64,000 nt of DNA from an uncultured Candidatus Saccharibacteria bacterium (lineage in GTDB: Bacteria; Patescibacteriota; Minisyncoccia; Phycocordibacterales; UBA918): the NCBI GenBank assembly GCA_964493145.1, contig CAZBMV010000001.1:169812-233811 (forward strand). Reading direction: 5' to 3'. Made by a program: the position numbers and the translations under genes. Positions within the stretch are counted from its first letter, which is position 1, and every line of letters begins with the position of its first letter. This document shows, piece after piece, positions 28,742 through 39,221 of this stretch. Below the pieces are notes generated by a model that did no database searches, was not told the origin of the DNA, and saw only the letters and a program-made list of their open reading frames with translations.

Positions 28742-28873
28742 TAATTTTACAAGAATTAATGTAACGTGCAGAGTGGCATTTGAGAGTCAGTTCGTCATTT
28801 TGAGGCGCTGGGAAGCGCACAAAATGACGGCTAAGATTTTCTAAACTCACTACGTTCGTAACAAAATCTAAGC

Positions 28874-29323
28874 ATGCAACTTCATCAATTACAACCGAAT
28901 ACGATTCGCAAGACCATCAAGCGCATTGGCCGTGGTGGAAAGCGTGGGAAAACGTCCGGTAAGGGAGGAAAGGGTCAGACCGCACGCGCGGGTAATCGTC
29001 CTCGTCCGGAAATGCGTGACATTATTAAGCGCCTTCCAAAACTTCGCGGTTTCGGAAAGAATCGCGCACGTACGGTACATAGCGAGCGTGTGCTCCACAC
29101 TGTGGTGAACCTCAGTGTGATTGAAGCCACATTTGACGCGGGAGATACCGTCTCACCACAGTCGCTCCTCGCAAAAGGCGTTGTCTCGCTTTCACGAGGA
29201 AAGATGCAGCCTGTAAAGGTTCTCGGTACAGGTACTCTGACCAAAAAAATAACCCTTTCGGGTTGTACGTACTCAGGATCAGTAAAGGAAAAGATTGAAA
29301 AGGCGGGCGGACAGGTTATTTAG
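28874..29323 (+). CDS. rplO: 50S ribosomal protein L15
   Basis: GRGGKRGKTSGKGGKGQTAR and KIEKAGG motifs. Confidence 0.96.
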   Translation: MQLHQLQPNTIRKTIKRIGRGGKRGKTSGKGGKGQTARAGNRPRPEMRDIIKRLPKLRGFGKNRARTVHSERVLHTVVNLSVIEATFDAGDTVSPQSLLAKGVVSLSRGKMQPVKVLGTGTLTKKITLSGCTYSGSVKEKIEKAGGQVI

Positions 29324-29404
29324 AAGGAACACCCGCCTCGTTGAGGCGGATGTTCCTTTGTAGTACTATTGTAAGGCTCAGTTAAAAGGCATAACTCTAA
29401 CGGA

Positions 29405-30676
29405 ATGGATACTTTTCTTCAAAAACTAAAGATTATTGCAACAGAAAAAGCGATTCGCGACCGCGTGCTCTTTGTACTCTTCGCGCTCGTCATATTCCGT
29501 GTACTCACCGCGGTACCTATTCCGGGCGTAGACATAAACGTACTCAACCAGTTCTTTTCAAATAACCAGTTCCTCGGTCTCCTCAACATCTTCTCGGGAG
29601 GTGGACTCACCAACCTCTCCATCGTGATGCTTGGCGTAGGACCATTCATTACCGCGTCCATCATCATGCAACTCATGACGGTCATGTCACCCAAACTCAA
29701 GGCGATGTACTCGGAAGAGGGAGAAACGGGTCGTGCGCGCTTTACCCAGTACTCACGTCAGCTGACGCTCCCACTCGCCATTCTTCAGGCGTTTGGTTTC
29801 CTCTCGCTCCTCAAGTCGCAGGGGGTCATCACAGGCCTCTCGCCATTTGAGTTCATGCTCAACATCATTATTGTCGTTGCGGGGTCAATGCTCCTCCTCT
29901 GGCTCGGGGAACTCGTGACCGAGTACGGCATCGGAAACGGTGTGTCCATCATCATCTTCGCGGGTATCGTCGCGACACTTCCCGCGTCACTCTCGCAACT
30001 CCTCTTCAGTTTTGACGCGTCACAGATCCCGCTCTTCGCCGGCTTTACGCTCGCGGCGATCGCCATCATTTACGGTGTCGTCGTCATGACACAGGCGGAA
30101 CGTCAGGTCCCGATTACGTACGCAAAGCAGGTGCGCGGCGGGAAGACGTACGGTGGCACGACGAGTTACCTCCCACTGCGACTCAACCAGGCCGGCGTGA
30201 TTCCAATCATTTTCGCGCTTTCTATCATCCTGTTCCCGCAGATGGTTCTCAACATTCTTGCTTCGTTTAACGTACCTCACGTAGCGCTCTGGTCTGAAAA
30301 AGTCATGGCGTTCTTCAACAATCAGGAGCTGTACGCCGTGGTGTACTTCGTCCTCGTCATTCTCTTCACATTCTTCTACACCGCAGTCACCTTTGACCCA
30401 GACGCAATGTCCAAAAATCTTCAGCGGAACGGAGCGTTCATTCCAGGTATCCGTCCGGGAGGTCATACGTCAGAGCACCTCGCAAAACTCATTACGAGGC
30501 TCACACTCGCCGGTGCCCTCTTCCTCGGTGTCATTGCCGTTTTGCCAATCGCGATGCAGATTCTCACCCACGTGACGACGCTCGCCATCGGCGGTACCGC
30601 ACTCCTCATTGCAGTGTCGGTGGTCATTGACCTCGTTCGCCGCGTTGATTCGCAGGTGTCATTACGGCAATACTAA
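29405..30676 (+). CDS. secY: Preprotein translocase SecY
   Basis: LGVGPFITASII, GIGNGVS, AGVIPIIFA and IPGIRPG motifs. Confidence 0.98.
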   Translation: MDTFLQKLKIIATEKAIRDRVLFVLFALVIFRVLTAVPIPGVDINVLNQFFSNNQFLGLLNIFSGGGLTNLSIVMLGVGPFITASIIMQLMTVMSPKLKAMYSEEGETGRARFTQYSRQLTLPLAILQAFGFLSLLKSQGVITGLSPFEFMLNIIIVVAGSMLLLWLGELVTEYGIGNGVSIIIFAGIVATLPASLSQLLFSFDASQIPLFAGFTLAAIAIIYGVVVMTQAERQVPITYAKQVRGGKTYGGTTSYLPLRLNQAGVIPIIFALSIILFPQMVLNILASFNVPHVALWSEKVMAFFNNQELYAVVYFVLVILFTFFYTAVTFDPDAMSKNLQRNGAFIPGIRPGGHTSEHLAKLITRLTLAGALFLGVIAVLPIAMQILTHVTTLAIGGTALLIAVSVVIDLVRRVDSQVSLRQY

Positions 30677-30830
30677 CAAAAACTAAAATCACAAAAAAGA
30701 ACACACAAACCCGCGCGGCCAAAGGCCGCGCGGGTTTGTGTTATGCGGTATTTATCCACCGCACCGACTCCACCCCCCCCCGCAAGACAGGGTACACTGT
30801 ACGTATAGTTTAATCACACGAGTACATTTT

Positions 30831-31490
30831 ATGAAAAACACGCTCTTTCGCACCACGTTCGTTACCATCGCCTCATTCGTCGTGGTCATCACCGTCGTCT
30901 CCGCGTGGACTGCGCCAACTGCAGCGCCACCGAGCGGTAATGTAAGCGCCCCCGTGAACGTCAGTGGCACATCACAAGTTAAGTCGGGTGGCCTTGGCGT
31001 TGGTTCGTTCAATGTTACAGCGGGTTCGCAGTTTAACGGAACCGTGAACATTGGTTCGTTGGGTACGAGTAAACAAGTTTGTCTCAACGGCGCATGTATT
31101 ACTGCATGGCCGAATGGAGGTGGTGTCGGCGACAATCTCGGCAATCACATTGCGCTACAAAACCTCAATATGAACAATAGAGCAATTACCAATTTACCTC
31201 TTCCTGTGAATGGAGGTGATGCGACGAACAAAACGTACGTAGATGGGAGAGTTTCTAATATTTCAATAACAAACTATAATCAACTCCCCTCGGGGGCGGT
31301 TGCGGGTTACTGCGCTGAAATCGGTGGAATTAATCCGATGCCACCGCCAACGAGGGCACCAGCCACAAAGAGAAGGGGTGTTTATTGTGAATGTCCTTCG
31401 GGATGGGCACGAATAATGACAGGTCATGAAAGAGGTGGGGCGGCCGAGGATTCTTATGAACATTCTTACTATTCCTGTATTAAAAACTGA
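30831..31490 (+). CDS. CPR-type secreted surface protein
   Basis: AWTAPTAAPPSGNVSAPVNV, GDNLGNH and DATNKTYVD motifs; Cys-rich C-terminus. Confidence 0.7.
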   Translation: MKNTLFRTTFVTIASFVVVITVVSAWTAPTAAPPSGNVSAPVNVSGTSQVKSGGLGVGSFNVTAGSQFNGTVNIGSLGTSKQVCLNGACITAWPNGGGVGDNLGNHIALQNLNMNNRAITNLPLPVNGGDATNKTYVDGRVSNISITNYNQLPSGAVAGYCAEIGGINPMPPPTRAPATKRRGVYCECPSGWARIMTGHERGGAAEDSYEHSYYSCIKN

Positions 31491-31524
31491 AGGTAAAAAA
31501 GACCGTTTAGGCCACATTAATTAA

Positions 31525-31851
31525 TGTATGTTCCCCACACTCCTCCCACTCTTCACAAAGTATCCACGCCTCGCGCCATACAGTTGCATCGCTGTCTTCA
31601 TCCTTGGTACGCTATTATGGGTTACCGTGTTTGAGAGTAATCTCCCACGATATAGTGATATACAATCAATAGAGACGAAAACATGTAATGAAGAGTGCGA
31701 ACAAATGAAACAACTCGCGCTCCTGGAGTCACTCAAAGGAGAACCCACCGCTACGAAAGAAGAAATCATTGCCACACTGGAAAGTCTTATGTCCGTAGAA
31801 AATACCCTCACAGAAGAGGAAGTTCTCGCAACGTTAGAGAAGCTCCGTTAA
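31525..31851 (+). CDS. Hypothetical single-TM protein
   Basis: N-terminal TM helix and repeated EEIIATLE/EEVLATLE helices. Confidence 0.5.
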   Translation, partial: CMFPTLLPLFTKYPRLAPYSCIAVFILGTLLWVTVFESNLPRYSDIQSIETKTCNEECEQMKQLALLESLKGEPTATKEEIIATLESLMSVENTLTEEEVLATLEKLR

Positions 31852-31862
31852 ATTATAAACAT

Positions 31863-33203
31863 ATGAGACACATTACTCGACGTTCCGTACTTTCCACGCT
31901 CGGTGCGGTCTTTCTTGTAGCTTGGATCTTATCGCTTTTCGCGTTACATACCCCAAAAGCGGAATCAAGCCCGTCTGATAACCTCTCCGGCTTTGCATGG
32001 AGTGAGACAATCGGGTGGATTTCTATGAATTCCACAAATGATGGCTCTACGAATTCGTACGGTGTCAACGTGGCGAGTGACGGCACAATATCCGGTTATG
32101 CATGGTCGGACAACATTGGGTGGGTCAGTTTTAACGAAACGACAGGATGCCCCGCCGGAGCGTGCAGACCAAATTTCAATAAGACAACCGGTGAGGTTAC
32201 CGGCTGGGTACGTGCACTTAGCGCACCCGCAGCAGGAGCGAATGCCGGTGGGTGGGATGGTTGGATTTCACTTAGTTGCTCAAACACTGGTTCGTGCCCG
32301 ATCTCAAACTACAAGGTTTCGGTATCAGGATGTTCTTGGAGTGGTTGGGCATGGGGTTCTGATGTTGTTGGATGGGTGAACTTCGGTGGGGACGGTGGTA
32401 CGGTTATTGGTACTGGCGATGCGTGTGGCGGTCCCGCTCTCACCCTCTCCGCATCCCCAATTTCCATTAACGCTGGCAATTCCTCAACCATTCAATGGAC
32501 GGTGACCGGCACCGCAGACTCGTGCTGGGCATCGGGGGGATGGACCGGCTGGAAAACATTTTCAGGAACTGATAACGAGATTGTTTCGCCGCTCATCACC
32601 ACCACGTACAACCTTGAGTGTTGGGATTCCGGTGTCTCAAGCGGGCAGAAGAGCGTAACGGTGAACGTTGTGCCGTACGCATGCACCTCAATCCCCGCAA
32701 ACACAACGATGTGCCCGAACGACGACAGCGGACTCACGGGGAATACGGGAGCGACCCTCATCGCAACGCCCTCCTCGTGTACCATACCGACAGCGTGCGA
32801 GTACTACTGCTCAATCGGGTTCAAGAACCAAGGCAGTACGTGCATCCCCACACAGTGTAACGATGGCATAGACAATGACGGGGACACATTTACCGACGGT
32901 GGAGACCCAGGGTGCACAAGTATTGCTGACGATAATGAAACGAACGTTGTGGGAGCGCCAACCATCTCTGCGAATCCTCGGTACGTTGAGGTGGGTCAGC
33001 AAACCACACTCACGTGGGACACAAACGGCAACAGCGGGTGCACACTCACCGCGAACGACACCATCGTACCTGCCGTGGATCCAAATCTTGTCACCATGCA
33101 TAATCCATCCATCAATGCACGAACGACGTACACGCTCATATGCCCACCTTACGATCCGGCATCAGTCATGGTGGAGGTTGTTCCACGTCAATTTGAGTCG
33201 TAG
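31863..33203 (+). CDS. Secreted surface protein with GxAWS..IGW repeats and Ig-like and Cys-rich domains
   Basis: SGFAWSETIGWIS, SGYAWSDNIGWVS and CNDGIDNDGD motifs. Confidence 0.75.
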   Translation: MRHITRRSVLSTLGAVFLVAWILSLFALHTPKAESSPSDNLSGFAWSETIGWISMNSTNDGSTNSYGVNVASDGTISGYAWSDNIGWVSFNETTGCPAGACRPNFNKTTGEVTGWVRALSAPAAGANAGGWDGWISLSCSNTGSCPISNYKVSVSGCSWSGWAWGSDVVGWVNFGGDGGTVIGTGDACGGPALTLSASPISINAGNSSTIQWTVTGTADSCWASGGWTGWKTFSGTDNEIVSPLITTTYNLECWDSGVSSGQKSVTVNVVPYACTSIPANTTMCPNDDSGLTGNTGATLIATPSSCTIPTACEYYCSIGFKNQGSTCIPTQCNDGIDNDGDTFTDGGDPGCTSIADDNETNVVGAPTISANPRYVEVGQQTTLTWDTNGNSGCTLTANDTIVPAVDPNLVTMHNPSINARTTYTLICPPYDPASVMVEVVPRQFES

Positions 33204-33264
33204 TTTTTTTATCTCGTACTCAAAACGTGTTCACATAATCCATTTTTCACGCAAACAGGTGTAT

Positions 33265-33891
33265 TTAATGCTTAAACGAAAAACCGAGAGGGACTCTACT
33301 TATTACTTGCTTCCAGTTCGTTGAGGTGAGCCACTTTTTGTACGTATCAAAGATGGTAAGTGCGACCGTCTGCGGGCTATGGCGAGACGTATCTATGACG
33401 AGGTCAAAGTGCTCAATGCTGTATGGATTGACTCCGTAGAGTTTTTTAAAGCGAGTGCGTTCATTTCGCATGCGCTCTTCCACCTGGTCGGCGACATCGG
33501 ACATCGCAATCCCGCCCTCACCCGCATCACTCCGAAGCGTGTTGAAATTTGCATCTTTGAATATGCGTGCGATTGCGACATCACTATCAAGATCAAGGTA
33601 CACTTTAAACGATTCCGGTATCCAGTAGAATGCGAGTCGTGAATCAATAACGATATCTTTCTCATCGCGCAAGTTGCGAAGATCCTCGTCAATCCTATGG
33701 TCTACATCCGGATGTGTTTCCGCCCACGCATTGAATTCTTCAAGGGACATTTTTTTCTTACGGATGAGTGTCCGCACCGATTCACCGGATGAGTACCGTG
33801 TGTACCCGAGCATTTCCGCCACGCGGTCAGCGGTTGATGATTTCCCGCTCCCCGGCTTCCCTGTAAGCGTGATAATGTGCGGTCGTTTCAT
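33265..33891 (-). CDS. Cytidylate kinase-like P-loop NMP kinase (paralog 1)
   Basis: IITLTGKPGSGKS, DSRLAF, KLYG and DLVIDTS motifs. Confidence 0.85.
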   Translation of the reverse strand: MKRPHIITLTGKPGSGKSSTADRVAEMLGYTRYSSGESVRTLIRKKKMSLEEFNAWAETHPDVDHRIDEDLRNLRDEKDIVIDSRLAFYWIPESFKVYLDLDSDVAIARIFKDANFNTLRSDAGEGGIAMSDVADQVEERMRNERTRFKKLYGVNPYSIEHFDLVIDTSRHSPQTVALTIFDTYKKWLTSTNWKQVISRVPLGFSFKH

Positions 33892-33929
33892 GCATTCAAG
33901 TGTACCACAGAGAGAGGGGTGCACAGAAC

Positions 33930-33987
33930 TACTGGTTCGTCGCAGAATGCCTCGGGGCCCTGCCCCGAGGATGAATGCGACATGAAA
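33930..33987. repeat. Dispersed hairpin element, copy 2
   Basis: TACTGGTTCGTCGCAGAATGCCTCGGGGC-CCT-GCCCCGAGGATGAATGCGACATGAAA. Confidence 0.75.
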
Positions 33988-34008
33988 ACGTATCGTCGGC
34001 GGATGTTT

Positions 34009-34596
34009 TTACTCCTCAAGCCACGCCATATACGCGGCATAAATTGCTCCGGTTACCTCGTCGGGGGTTTTCCCATCCGTGTCAATCGTGAGCGTGTAGC
34101 GTGTTTCGTCGTAGGGGTTTACATCATAGAGGCGCGTGTACCGTTCAATGTGGTTCTGGACTCGCTTTCGTGTTTTTGAAAACGCTTCCTCAAGTGTTGC
34201 CATTGTTTCGCCGCTTCTCGCACGTGTTGGTGAGTTCGTATCGTTGAAGATACGTTCCGCTGAACGTTCGGGTGTGATGAGGAGGTAGACTGAAAATCCG
34301 CTCGGGACAAAATGGAATGCGAGGTGGGAATCAACGATGTAGTTGTCCTCCTCTGCCTCAATGCGTTCAAGTTGCTCGTCAATGAGGCGGTCAAGAGATG
34401 CGTCACGCGCGATGAGTTCATTGAATTCCTCCAGCGTGAAATTCCGCTCATGCGCCATTTGGCGTACGAAATCACCGGTGGAAAATGTTTTGTACCCTAA
34501 CGTGTCGGCGAGGAGGCGCTTGACGGTTGATTTGCCGCTTCCGGGGAGACCCCCGAGCGTAATAATGTGCTTTTTGAGATGTGTGTGTGCGTGCAT
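34009..34596 (-). CDS. Cytidylate kinase-like P-loop NMP kinase (paralog 2)
   Basis: IITLGGLPGSGKS, DSHLAF and RYTRLY motifs. Confidence 0.85.
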   Translation of the reverse strand: MHAHTHLKKHIITLGGLPGSGKSTVKRLLADTLGYKTFSTGDFVRQMAHERNFTLEEFNELIARDASLDRLIDEQLERIEAEEDNYIVDSHLAFHFVPSGFSVYLLITPERSAERIFNDTNSPTRARSGETMATLEEAFSKTRKRVQNHIERYTRLYDVNPYDETRYTLTIDTDGKTPDEVTGAIYAAYMAWLEE

Positions 34597-34699
34597 GCAG
34601 GGTACAATACCACAATTTTTTCGGAGAAAAAATTGTGGTGTAAACCGAATCACAGTCATGGTACTATGGACACATTACTCAGAAGGAGAAACAACAAAA

Positions 34700-35296
34700 A
34701 TGCAACCATTCACCATACTCTTCATTGGCCCTCAGGGGAGCGGAAAGGGGACCCAAATAGAACTTCTCACGAAACTTTTTCGTGATGCAGACCCTTCTCG
34801 CAGGGTGATTGATGTTCAGACCGGTCGCCGTTTTCGCGCATTGGCGACAAAGGGTGAGGGGTTCACCGAACGCAAGGTTGGTGAGACCGTTGATTCGGGG
34901 ATTCTCCAACCTCTCTTTCTCTCCGTGCTACTCTGGGGGGATGCGTTTCGTGAGCATGCCGACCCCGATTGCCACATACTCATAGACGGGTTTCCCCGCA
35001 CGAGAGCAGAAGCGGATGTCTTTGAAAGCGCGCTCTCCTTTTATAAACGTGACCACCTCGTTGTTATCAATTTGGAGGCGAGCGAAGACATTGTCCGCGA
35101 GCGCATGAAGAAACGTGCACGTTCCGACGACACCGATGCGTCAATTGAAGCACGGCTCGCGTGGTACCGAGAAGAGACTATCCCCGTACTCGCCTACTAC
35201 AGAAATCGGCCACATACAACGGTTGTTGACTGCGATGGCACCGCCTCAATCTCGGAGGTGTTTGAGCATGTAAAGGGCGCACTCGGACTTGCGTGA
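34700..35296 (+). CDS. adk: Adenylate kinase family protein
   Basis: GPQGSGKGTQ, IDGFPR and RSDD motifs. Confidence 0.88.
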   Translation: MQPFTILFIGPQGSGKGTQIELLTKLFRDADPSRRVIDVQTGRRFRALATKGEGFTERKVGETVDSGILQPLFLSVLLWGDAFREHADPDCHILIDGFPRTRAEADVFESALSFYKRDHLVVINLEASEDIVRERMKKRARSDDTDASIEARLAWYREETIPVLAYYRNRPHTTVVDCDGTASISEVFEHVKGALGLA

Positions 35297-35375
35297 ACAG
35301 CGCGGGTACGTATTTTTTGTTTTAGTATCCAGCAGTACACTCCGATCTCAGTATTACCATTTTAAATTTCTACGT

Positions 35376-36149
35376 ATGGCACTCATCAAGACCGAAAAAG
35401 AAATAGAATTGCTGCACACGGGAGGGAAAATTCTTGCGCGAATCCTCCGCGAGCTTTCTGCGTACGTGAAGCCGGGGGTGACGACTGAGGATATCAATGA
35501 TTACGCGATAAAACTCACCGAAGAGTACGGTGTTGAGCCGGTTCTCTTAGGGTACCACCCCGAATTCGCACCACACCCGTACCCCGCGGCGCTCTGTACC
35601 TCGGTGAATAATACAGTACAGCACGGTATACCTCGTGAGGATGAAGTGCTCAAAGAGGGGGACATTATCAATCTGGATATGACGATTGGGTACAGGGGGA
35701 TGATTGTTGACTCGGGCGTGACAATCCCCGTGGGAAAGATTGATGAACGTTCACAAAAGCTCATAAACGTGACCAAGGAAGCACTCGCAATAGGCGTAAA
35801 GCAAGCGAAGGCGGGAAACCACATTGGCGATATTGGCCACGCGATTGAGACGTTTGTGAAATCACGTGGATTCAGTGTCGTGGAAGCACTCTGCGGTCAT
35901 GGCGTAGGGCACGCGGTGCACGAAGAACCGCAAATTCCGAATTTCGGTCGTGCCGGCACCGGACCGCGGATTGAGATTGGCAACGTGTTCGCCATTGAGC
36001 CTATTGTGAATGCGGGTAAAAAGGACGTTACCTTTGATGACGAGGGAGACGGGTACAGTGTCTACACAAAAGATGGTTCACGGAGCGCACACTTTGAACA
36101 CACGGTCGTCGTCACGAAGAGCGGCCCCGTGGTCGTGACGAAGGAGTAG
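35376..36149 (+). CDS. map: Methionine aminopeptidase type I
   Basis: HGIP, GHGVG..HEEP, AIEP and SAHFEHT motifs. Confidence 0.96.
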   Translation: MALIKTEKEIELLHTGGKILARILRELSAYVKPGVTTEDINDYAIKLTEEYGVEPVLLGYHPEFAPHPYPAALCTSVNNTVQHGIPREDEVLKEGDIINLDMTIGYRGMIVDSGVTIPVGKIDERSQKLINVTKEALAIGVKQAKAGNHIGDIGHAIETFVKSRGFSVVEALCGHGVGHAVHEEPQIPNFGRAGTGPRIEIGNVFAIEPIVNAGKKDVTFDDEGDGYSVYTKDGSRSAHFEHTVVVTKSGPVVVTKE

Positions 36150-36236
36150 GACTGCGCGGTATTCACTTGAATTACAGCCGTAGTACGGTATACTCACCGG
36201 ATATTTTTATCAAATTCATACGTACCCACGTTTTCT

Positions 36237-36842
36237 ATGGAAAGAAAGCCACATCAAGAACGAACATTCATTATTCTGAAGCCCGACACCGTTCAGCGTT
36301 CACTCATCGGTGAAGTTATAGGCAGGTTTGAGCGTACGGGGCTCAAGTTCACGGCAATAAAGATGTTTGTGCCAACTCGTGAGCAACTTTTGACGCACTA
36401 CAACAAGAATGAAGAATGGTTCTTGAAGAAGGGGAGCCGCATCATTGAGGATTTGAAGTCGCAGGGGCTTCCTGTTGAGAAGGATGCGATGGCGTACGGG
36501 CGTGCAATCATTGACACGATTGTGGACTACATGACCGCCGCACCCGTCGTCGGTATGATCCTTGAGGGAAATCAGGCGGTTGCCGTGGTCACGAAACTCG
36601 TCGGGACGACAGAGCCGTCAACATCCGATGTGGGAACCATTCGCGGTGATTTTACCGTTGACTCGTACTCGCACTCTTCGTATGAAAATAGGGCGGTACG
36701 TAACCTCATTCACTGTTCAGAGTCACCGGAAGAAGCGGAACGCGAAATCAAGGTGTGGTTCACCGATGAAGAAATCATGAAGTACGTCACCGCACAGGAA
36801 CGGATTATGTATGACGTCAATTTTGACGGCCAAAACGAATAA
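36237..36842 (+). CDS. ndk: Nucleoside diphosphate kinase
   Basis: ERTFIILKPD, GTIRGDF and NLIHCSES motifs. Confidence 0.95.
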   Translation: MERKPHQERTFIILKPDTVQRSLIGEVIGRFERTGLKFTAIKMFVPTREQLLTHYNKNEEWFLKKGSRIIEDLKSQGLPVEKDAMAYGRAIIDTIVDYMTAAPVVGMILEGNQAVAVVTKLVGTTEPSTSDVGTIRGDFTVDSYSHSSYENRAVRNLIHCSESPEEAEREIKVWFTDEEIMKYVTAQERIMYDVNFDGQNE

Positions 36843-36995
36843 AACATCACAAAATAAGCAATCTGCGTTCACTTTCACTCCTCTACGCTGCACATCTGCA
36901 ATTTCGTAGCGTTCTTATGTGAAGGAGAAGAGAGTTGTACACAGAGGATAGAATGCGCGCACCTGTAGGGTGCGCGCATTCTGTTATACTTGAAT

Positions 36996-37262
36996 ATGGA
37001 GCCACGGTTACGCATGTTCTTGCTTATTCAAGATCAAGGGATGCTTGTAGTCACGGGTACAGATGAGAACTCGACGCGACGAGATTTCAGAAGTGCCTGG
37101 AAAGAGCGCCCACCTGAATTTTATTCAGGATACATGCCCCGTTGCTCCCTAAAGGAACGCACCTCGTGTGCGTTTTTTTTAGACATGATTCTTGATAATA
37201 CCAAAACCGTCGCCTGTTTGAGCGACGGTTTTATGATTTCGGCCCCCGAAAAGTTTCTTTAG
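36996..37262 (+). CDS. Hypothetical small protein
   Basis: ORF directly after a TG-TTATACT promoter-like site (possibly leaderless). Confidence 0.3.
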   Translation: MEPRLRMFLLIQDQGMLVVTGTDENSTRRDFRSAWKERPPEFYSGYMPRCSLKERTSCAFFLDMILDNTKTVACLSDGFMISAPEKFL

Positions 37263-37435
37263 CCCCCGTATATTGAATACGTCTCACATTTCCTCACACG
37301 TGCTCCTCGTCTCTGAGGCTCCAGGACCCGCTCTCACAATGCGGTGCTGAGTGAGATGTGTAGATCAACAATCCGTGACGAGAAAGGATTGTTGTTCCTA
37401 ACGAGAGAGAATTACGGTGTGCTACCATAGAACGT

Positions 37436-37807
37436 ATGACATTTCGTATCGTATTGCTGTTTTCAGTCCTCGTTACCATCGCTCTCGTGCACGTGGTGGC
37501 GCTTGAGTTTTTCCTTTACTGGAAGTATCTGTGGCTTGATATTCCGATGCACGTTCTCGGTGGTGTTGCGTGTGCACTCTTTTTTTCAATCCTCCCCTTT
37601 TTTGGCATACGGATGAGCGAGCGCTACGGCACGGTACAGTGGTACCTCGCCTTCACACTCGTCGTTGGCGTTGCGTGGGAACTGTTTGAAGCTGTCGCGG
37701 GTATTTCATTAGGGGAACCCGGATTTATGTTTGATACCGCCACTGACCTCAGCATGGACGTACTCGGTGCGTGTATCGGTTTTGTACTTGTGAAAAAAGG
37801 ACTATGA
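37436..37807 (+). CDS. Small membrane protein (HxxGG...WE..E...DT..D family)
   Basis: DIPMHVLGG, AWELFE and DTATDL motifs; 4 TM helices. Confidence 0.7.
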   Translation: MTFRIVLLFSVLVTIALVHVVALEFFLYWKYLWLDIPMHVLGGVACALFFSILPFFGIRMSERYGTVQWYLAFTLVVGVAWELFEAVAGISLGEPGFMFDTATDLSMDVLGACIGFVLVKKGL

Positions 37808-39162
37808 TGACCGTCTCTTTTCATGGCGGGGTGGGGAATGTAACGGGAGCGAACTTCCTCTTTGACACCGGTGCAATAAAATTCCTCGTTGATTGCGGAC
37901 TCATTCAGGGAGACCGGTTTGCGCCGGCAAAAAATTGCGATGCCTTCGCGTATGACCCACACTCCGTCTCGTACCTTCTCGTTACCCACGCCCACGCCGA
38001 CCACATTGGGCGGATTCCCAAGCTCGTCCGTGACGGATTTTCCGGCACGATTTACTCAACGCCTCCGACGAGAGATCTCGCCGCCGTCATGCTCCAAGAT
38101 GCGTACAAGGTGATGCTCTATGAAGAGGAACGGTACGGCACGCCTCGCTGCTACGAGCAAGAGGATATCACTCGTGCACTCGCACTTTGGAAAACACACC
38201 TCTACCACACGCCCATTACGCTCGGTGACGACGTCACCGCCACCTTTACCGACGCGGGGCACATCCTCGGCTCAGCGATGATTACCTTTGAGCGAAATGG
38301 AAAAAAGTTCCTCTGTACGGGCGACATAGGGAACACCCCCCAGCCACTCCTCAATCCGCCTGAGGTCGTGGAGGGGTATGACTACCTCCTCATGGAGAGC
38401 GTGTACGGCGACCGTTCGCACGAGGAGGTGCGCGAACGCACGGACCTCCTCCGTATGTACATTGAGGAAACGACGAAGAAGCGCGGTACGCTCATCATCC
38501 CCGCCTTCTCGCTTGAGCGAACGCAGGGCATGCTCTATGAAATCAACAACCTCTTTGAGCGCGAGGGGCTCACCCCTATCTCCGTGTTCCTTGATTCGCC
38601 ACTCGCGATTGCGGTTACCGATATTTACCGCCGGTACACCGAGTACCTCAAAGATTCGGTTCGTATACAAATTGAACAGGGAGATGACATCTTTGATTTT
38701 CCAAAACTCTCCTTCACTCGTTCGGTGAAAGATTCTTCAGAAATTGGGGATGTTTCGGGGCCTAAGATCATCATCGCCGGTTCCGGCATGAGCCACGGCG
38801 GTCGCATTTTGGAGCATGAGCGAACGTACCTTGAAGATTCAAAGACAACACTCCTCCTCGTCGGGTACCAAACGGTCGGAAGTCTCGGACGTCTCTTAAA
38901 TGACGGAGCAAAGAAAGTGAGGATATTGGATACGGACGTGAAGGTGCGAGCGAAAATAGCGCGCATACGCGGGTACTCGGGGCACGCTGACAGAGACCAA
39001 CTCATAACATTTGTAGAGAGGGGCGGTGCGCAGGCGAAGCAAATTTTTGTCGCCATGGGCGAAGAGCGGTCCTCACTTTTTCTCGTTCAACGGCTCCGTG
39101 ACTACCTCGGTCAGAATGCGGTTGCACCACACGAAGGAGAAATGATAGAGGTTGATTTTTAG
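37804..39162 (+). CDS. MBL-fold beta-CASP ribonuclease
   Basis: THAHADHIG, DAGHILGS, MESVYG and SGHAD motifs. Confidence 0.92.
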   Translation: MMTVSFHGGVGNVTGANFLFDTGAIKFLVDCGLIQGDRFAPAKNCDAFAYDPHSVSYLLVTHAHADHIGRIPKLVRDGFSGTIYSTPPTRDLAAVMLQDAYKVMLYEEERYGTPRCYEQEDITRALALWKTHLYHTPITLGDDVTATFTDAGHILGSAMITFERNGKKFLCTGDIGNTPQPLLNPPEVVEGYDYLLMESVYGDRSHEEVRERTDLLRMYIEETTKKRGTLIIPAFSLERTQGMLYEINNLFEREGLTPISVFLDSPLAIAVTDIYRRYTEYLKDSVRIQIEQGDDIFDFPKLSFTRSVKDSSEIGDVSGPKIIIAGSGMSHGGRILEHERTYLEDSKTTLLLVGYQTVGSLGRLLNDGAKKVRILDTDVKVRAKIARIRGYSGHADRDQLITFVERGGAQAKQIFVAMGEERSSLFLVQRLRDYLGQNAVAPHEGEMIEVDF

Positions 39163-39221
39163 AACCCACCTCACAAGAAAAAGAGCCGATGTAATCGGCT
39201 CTATGTGTCAGAGTGACACGT

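Noticed and set aside
28742-28873. Missing rpmD (L30) as a novelty
   Set aside because: Absence of L30 is an established CPR trait; used only as a taxonomic clue.
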